Of a stretch of DNA of 64,000 nt, positions 59,510-64,000 are shown piece after piece; the first letter of the stretch is position 1; each line of letters starts with the position of its first letter. Below the pieces are notes generated by a model that was not told where the DNA came from, searched no databases, and saw nothing but the letters and a program-made list of their open reading frames with translations. Made by a program: the position numbers and the translations under genes. The stretch is from Candidatus Obscuribacterales bacterium (GTDB lineage Bacteria > Cyanobacteriota > Vampirovibrionia > Obscuribacterales > Obscuribacteraceae), in contig CBDDIJ010000003.1 in the NCBI GenBank assembly GCA_965228855.1, forward strand, positions 1,280,001 through 1,344,000. The letters run 5' to 3'.

Positions 59510-60100
59510 ATGCATCCCTACTGGATTCAGAAAATTGAGGAGAGCCGAAAGACGTCTGTGACCAAATTCTGGGTCGTGATTGTGCTCATAATCGTACTTC
59601 CGTTGTTGTTAGTCATGAAGCATGACCACTTTATGATTCTGGGAGTTCTGTGTTTTGCAGGTGCCGGATTGCGGCTTTACTGGCTGGGGCGAGATTTACC
59701 GTCGACTCCCAAAGATCAACTGCCGGCGTCGGCAGACCTGACCAATCAAACGGAGATGCAGTTTCCCCCGCAGTGTCCGTCGAACACCACTCCAAACATC
59801 TTTGGCACTCCTCAGACACACTCTGACTTCGCCTCGGCACCTATGCCGCATATGGGTGTTCAAACACATCCGTTTCCAGAACAAGCTCAGGTTGTCTCAG
59901 GTCAGTACGTGACCGGAGCGCAACCGCAAATAGCAGGTGGAGTGCCTACTCAATTTCCAAATGGTTTGCCGCCAAATCCGTTCCCTCAGAGTCAATCTGT
60001 GCCGTCGTTGACGGGCGAGGAAGATTTGCCCGGATTACAGACTGGTGTCGAAACCGCAGCGCCGCAGAGACCGCTTCACTTCCACGACATGGCTCGCTGA
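59510..60100 (+). CDS. Membrane protein with Pro/Gln-rich tail
   Basis: Two TM helices followed by a low-complexity region. Confidence 0.65.
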   Translation: MHPYWIQKIEESRKTSVTKFWVVIVLIIVLPLLLVMKHDHFMILGVLCFAGAGLRLYWLGRDLPSTPKDQLPASADLTNQTEMQFPPQCPSNTTPNIFGTPQTHSDFASAPMPHMGVQTHPFPEQAQVVSGQYVTGAQPQIAGGVPTQFPNGLPPNPFPQSQSVPSLTGEEDLPGLQTGVETAAPQRPLHFHDMAR

Positions 60101-60125
60101 CGAGTTTCGCAGGGCTATCGTCGTC

Positions 60126-61160
60126 TCACTGGCTTGACGTACTTACCTTACTGTTCTTCTTCGGCGGGTGCTCTTTCAAATAGCGCTTGGCTCCGTCTGA
60201 CAGTAAATCTCTGTGCATTCTCCACGGGTCCTTGAAGAAATAAACCGCGATGTCCTTGTCCAGCATGTGTGTCGAGACCAATTCGATGGCGTAGAGCTCT
60301 TCGTTTTTTCCCTCTCCGTAAATTATGTTTTGTCCCTCACGTTTTTGCTTTAGCAGCTTCTGGAAATAGAGCATGGCGCTGTTCTGCTCACGCGGCATAT
60401 GACCAGACATGACTGCGATGTGAAGACGTTTCCACTCATTTTCCGGAATGGTCGCTTGCCACTTCTTCATTTGTTCGTCGATTGCTTTGAGTTCGAAACT
60501 GATTGCCTCATAAGCATTTTCTAGAACCAGGGGCCCAGCTTGCCTTGTGTATTCCAGGAGCCGCGTACTATTTACGGCGCCCGCTTTCTCAATTTCATCG
60601 ATGAATTGAGAAGTCTTATCTATGAGGAGATGCTGGCGCTTCAGGCATTTATCAGATAAATTCCATTGCTCTAGATTTTTCGAAGCAGTCGAATATGTTT
60701 TTCTAAAATTATTCAGGCGCTCCAGAGTTGGCTTGGAAAGAGCCTTTCCGTCTGTCCCCTCGAGGATAACAAATATCGTCAGTGGGATGTGGGCAACCGA
60801 CTTCAATAGAGAATACTCAGCCGGAATGATATTCGTCTCCTCGCGTTTGCCCTTGTAATCGAGGATAAGCTTGTCTTCCTTTTGAATTATCAATGGTCCG
60901 CTGGTCGAGTATTTGTCGGACCTGGCGAGTGCATATGCGCTTCGGAATTGCTGGTTCATCTCGTTCCACGGAACAAGCAAGTCTTGTTTTGTTGATGCTG
61001 TATTCGTCTCTGACTTCGCTTCTGGATTTAGCTCGGCTCCGGTTTGCGCAGACCCGGTATTTGAAACGCTCGAATCAGGTGTGCTTTCAGCGTTCACTGC
61101 ATGAATGAGTCCAGTTGAGATTGCCAGTGAGATTGCCAGGGCAAATATTCTCTTATTCAA
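60126..61160 (-). CDS. Secreted hypothetical protein
   Basis: TTG start at 61160 gives a signal peptide; LLKSVAHIPL, HMPRE, RMHRDLL. Confidence 0.7.
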   Translation of the reverse strand: MNKRIFALAISLAISTGLIHAVNAESTPDSSVSNTGSAQTGAELNPEAKSETNTASTKQDLLVPWNEMNQQFRSAYALARSDKYSTSGPLIIQKEDKLILDYKGKREETNIIPAEYSLLKSVAHIPLTIFVILEGTDGKALSKPTLERLNNFRKTYSTASKNLEQWNLSDKCLKRQHLLIDKTSQFIDEIEKAGAVNSTRLLEYTRQAGPLVLENAYEAISFELKAIDEQMKKWQATIPENEWKRLHIAVMSGHMPREQNSAMLYFQKLLKQKREGQNIIYGEGKNEELYAIELVSTHMLDKDIAVYFFKDPWRMHRDLLSDGAKRYLKEHPPKKNSKVSTSSQ

Positions 61161-61173
61161 CTCTCGCGACCTT

Positions 61174-62145
61174 CTATTCTTCTTCAACTCTGACGCAAAC
61201 AGCCGCACGTCCGTCTGAGAACGCGAGACCCTCGTTGTATTTCGGCTTGATGACCAGCTTTCCATTCTTGTTGATGTAACCGAATTTCGAGTTGAGCTTC
61301 ACCAGGGCCCGGCCTTCTGAAAATTTCTCGGCCTCGTCGAACTTATATTTGATAACCACATCGCCCTTTCTGTCGACGTAGCCCCATAGACCCTCTTTCT
61401 TGACAGGTGCAAGTCCTTCCGAATACGCAGATCTCGATGCCAATTCAGGTCTAAGCTGGAAATTGCCGTTTGAATCGGCAAAACCAAACTGACCATTTTG
61501 CCTGACTTCAGAAACACCATCCGTGTAACTTTCCGCTGTCTCGAAAGCGGGTTCTACTTTCAGTGTCCCAGATGTGTCCACAAAACCCCATTTGTCCTTC
61601 ACCAGAACAGGTGCCAGACCGTCTCCGAATGGCTTAGCGTCGTCATAGGTCGGTTTTACGACCAGGTTGCCGGTCTTGTCGACAAAACCCCACTTGTCTC
61701 CCTGCTTAACGGGACCGAGACCGTCGCCCCAGGACTTCACATCGTCGAACTCAGCTTTGACGATTTGCGTACCAGAGGCATCGATGAAGCCCCACTTCCA
61801 GTTATCGGCGCGCACCGGTGCTACTTCATTCTTGAAAGGACGAGCCTCCAGGAACTGAGGCTTTATCACGAGTTCTCCTGATTTGTCGATAAAACCCCAC
61901 TTGCCACCCTGCTTGACCGCAGCGAAACCGTCTGAATAAGAGAGCGCTCTTTCGTACTTGGGCTCGATTAGAACGGCTCCTTTCCAATCTATATAACCCC
62001 AGCGTTTTCCGATATCGGCCGGGTCAACCTGAGCAGCTTCCTGCTGGGCACTATCGGCGGTACTATCACTGTTGCCACCACCGGCGGAGCAACCTGAAAG
62101 TGTGAGCGCGAGCCAGAGAAGCAGTATGGTAAGGATTAATTGCAT
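61174..62145 (-). CDS. WG-repeat lipoprotein
   Basis: Lipobox LSGC; about 8 repeats of KWGFIDxxG...F/YSEGLAxV. Confidence 0.92.
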   Translation of the reverse strand: MQLILTILLLWLALTLSGCSAGGGNSDSTADSAQQEAAQVDPADIGKRWGYIDWKGAVLIEPKYERALSYSDGFAAVKQGGKWGFIDKSGELVIKPQFLEARPFKNEVAPVRADNWKWGFIDASGTQIVKAEFDDVKSWGDGLGPVKQGDKWGFVDKTGNLVVKPTYDDAKPFGDGLAPVLVKDKWGFVDTSGTLKVEPAFETAESYTDGVSEVRQNGQFGFADSNGNFQLRPELASRSAYSEGLAPVKKEGLWGYVDRKGDVVIKYKFDEAEKFSEGRALVKLNSKFGYINKNGKLVIKPKYNEGLAFSDGRAAVCVRVEEE

Positions 62146-62255
62146 TACGTGATATTATCGGACGTTATTGGGGAGCCGAAGGCAGTTTGACAATCAGCCC
62201 TACTAGCATAGTGCGGTATAGCGCTCGATGCAAGGCGACGAGATATTTGAACCGG

Positions 62256-64000
62256 TCAGACGGAGTTCAACTCGGCTTTTACTTCATCCAACTTTTGCCT
62301 GTCACCAGTCTGTTCCAGGTAGTTCGAGTATGTTGATAAAACTTGAAGCTTTGTCTCTCGCGGGATATTAACGCCCTCTTCCGAATGCAGAATCTTGACG
62401 GCATCGGAAAGTAGAGGACCGGCCTTATCGGTTTTCTTGTCCTTCAAATAGTCGTCAGCCAGGAGACCCATGAGAGAACAAGACTCAGCGCTTTTAAGAC
62501 CATTGAACGTTTCGCTCAAACTTAAAGCTCTTTCGATACTCTTAGCAGCCGCTTTGAAATCATGCTGATCTCGATAATACATCCCGATGAGCCGCCGATC
62601 TTCGATCACCCCTCGCGTCTTTCCAGTGCTTTTATCGACGTTTTCGGCGATATTGTAGATAGCCAAAACATCAGCGCTCTTTTCTGCATTCTCGTACATT
62701 TTGCTCAGCTTCCCAAGCACGTAAAGCACCCGAGACTCTTCTCTTGCTCGCGAGCGAAACATCAGCGCAAGCGCACGCTTGTAGAAACCTTCGGCAGTCT
62801 CGAATTCAGCTGGGGATTCGCTTGCTTTGGCTGAATGGATATCGCCCAAGTCTGTCAGTGCGCGCGCCAGAAGAAGGACCTGATTATCGTTAGCCTCTTT
62901 CAACAGGTCGCGTGCAGTATCGAAATCTTTTGCTGCGTCCGTGAATTTGTCATTCATTGCTTTTGCTTCGCCAATCAGGATATGGCATCGCGCCTGTTCC
63001 ACATCGTCTGATTCTTTCAGTTGATCCATCGATGCCAGGGCGCTTGTCGCGTTAGCGGCAGCCGGGTTTGGCTTGTGTCTCGACAAATCCACATCAGCGA
63101 GCTGGCATTTCATTAGAGCAGCTTGCGAACTGTTCGACCGAAACGCATTTCGCGCTATCGACAATGCTTTCGACGCATTTGCTCTTGCATCTTCCAGTTT
63201 GCCTCTCCGCCGTTGAACCTCGGAAAGCGCGTCTAGTGTTCGGATCAATCCGGTACTCTCTCCGCCTGCAACTTCCTGTCTGCTCGATACTGCATCCGAG
63301 AGGTTCTTCTCGAGCACATCATATTTTTCATCCAGATTGTCCTTGAGGTCAAGCAGAGTCAGATTATCCACCAGACCCGCAACGACTAAACTTTTTTCGC
63401 CCAGCGACTTTCTTGCTATTTTCAAAGTTCGTTTGAGGACGCTGCGAGCAGCGCTCCATTGCTGGTTGTCTATGTAGTTTTGCGCGACGTCGATCAGTTG
63501 AAAACAAATATCCTCGATTTCCTCGACTTCTTCACTGTCCGAACTCGTGTTTTCAAGACGAGTTAGAAGCTTCTTTTCTGTTTTCGCAATTGTTTTAAAC
63601 TTGGCCTGCTGCAGATCATTTATTTGCGATTCCAGTTTCTCGGAATCCTTTATTCTTCCCTGGATTCGGTAAAGGTCTACAAGATTTTTCATGGCCGGAA
63701 TTTGCCATTGTTTCCGCTCTTCGGATGCCACTTGCAGCGCTTTGTTTGCCTCTGCCTCCGCAACATCATACGAGCCTGCGTCGAAAGCGTTTCGATAAGC
63801 GACTATGGCGCTGTTGAAGCGCTGATCGGCAGGTACGATTATTTGCTTGATACGATCCTGGAAGAGAAAAACGCAGGCTATTACAACTACCGCCGTCACG
63901 GAAGCCGCGACTACAGCCGGAATTCCCTTGCCTTTGGATGCACGCTCGCGAATTTTTCTTTGTTGGTAGCCGGTAATGAGTTTGTTGATACCACTGCCTG
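62256..64000 (-). CDS. TPR-containing membrane protein, N-terminus outside the window
   Basis: Frame appears to continue past the window end; TM helix followed by kinesin-light-chain-like TPRs. Confidence 0.75.
   Translation of the reverse strand, partial: GSGINKLITGYQQRKIRERASKGKGIPAVVAASVTAVVVIACVFLFQDRIKQIIVPADQRFNSAIVAYRNAFDAGSYDVAEAEANKALQVASEERKQWQIPAMKNLVDLYRIQGRIKDSEKLESQINDLQQAKFKTIAKTEKKLLTRLENTSSDSEEVEEIEDICFQLIDVAQNYIDNQQWSAARSVLKRTLKIARKSLGEKSLVVAGLVDNLTLLDLKDNLDEKYDVLEKNLSDAVSSRQEVAGGESTGLIRTLDALSEVQRRRGKLEDARANASKALSIARNAFRSNSSQAALMKCQLADVDLSRHKPNPAAANATSALASMDQLKESDDVEQARCHILIGEAKAMNDKFTDAAKDFDTARDLLKEANDNQVLLLARALTDLGDIHSAKASESPAEFETAEGFYKRALALMFRSRAREESRVLYVLGKLSKMYENAEKSADVLAIYNIAENVDKSTGKTRGVIEDRRLIGMYYRDQHDFKAAAKSIERALSLSETFNGLKSAESCSLMGLLADDYLKDKKTDKAGPLLSDAVKILHSEEGVNIPRETKLQVLSTYSNYLEQTGDRQKLDEVKAELNSV

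Overview
Gene-dense, roughly 50% GC bacterial chromosomal window. Gene content suggests a non-photosynthetic cyanobacterial relative such as Melainabacteria/Obscuribacterales (inference only): a cyanobacterial-type MFS + mgdA-like pair, fabZ-lpxA, multi-MshEN proteins, a DUF4388/degenerate GGDEF protein, and many TPR and Ser/Thr kinase genes. Housekeeping genes include kynA, folE, fabZ, lpxA, hemH, icd, an acyl-CoA ligase, a CoA-transferase, an M1 aminopeptidase and tRNA-Leu(TAA). The top finding is that two 'separate' ORFs (58740-59270 and 58080-58715) are one reading frame interrupted by a single in-frame UGA. The UGA sits in a GALDDRFC-U-TNAR motif resembling the eukaryotic selenoprotein N active site and is followed by a bacterial SECIS-like hairpin, so this is a candidate exported selenoprotein. 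Other highlights: an operon of four paralogous secreted glycine-zipper proteins; two kinase-TM-LRR receptors sharing a duplicated CxxC...GSLTQWI...CxC module; stand-alone MshEN-repeat proteins; a ~900 bp intergenic region built from three families of duplicated long palindromes; tandem MBOAT+SGNH pairs; and a class D beta-lactamase. No CRISPR array, integrase or transposase was seen. All family assignments come from motif recognition by eye; no database searches were run.
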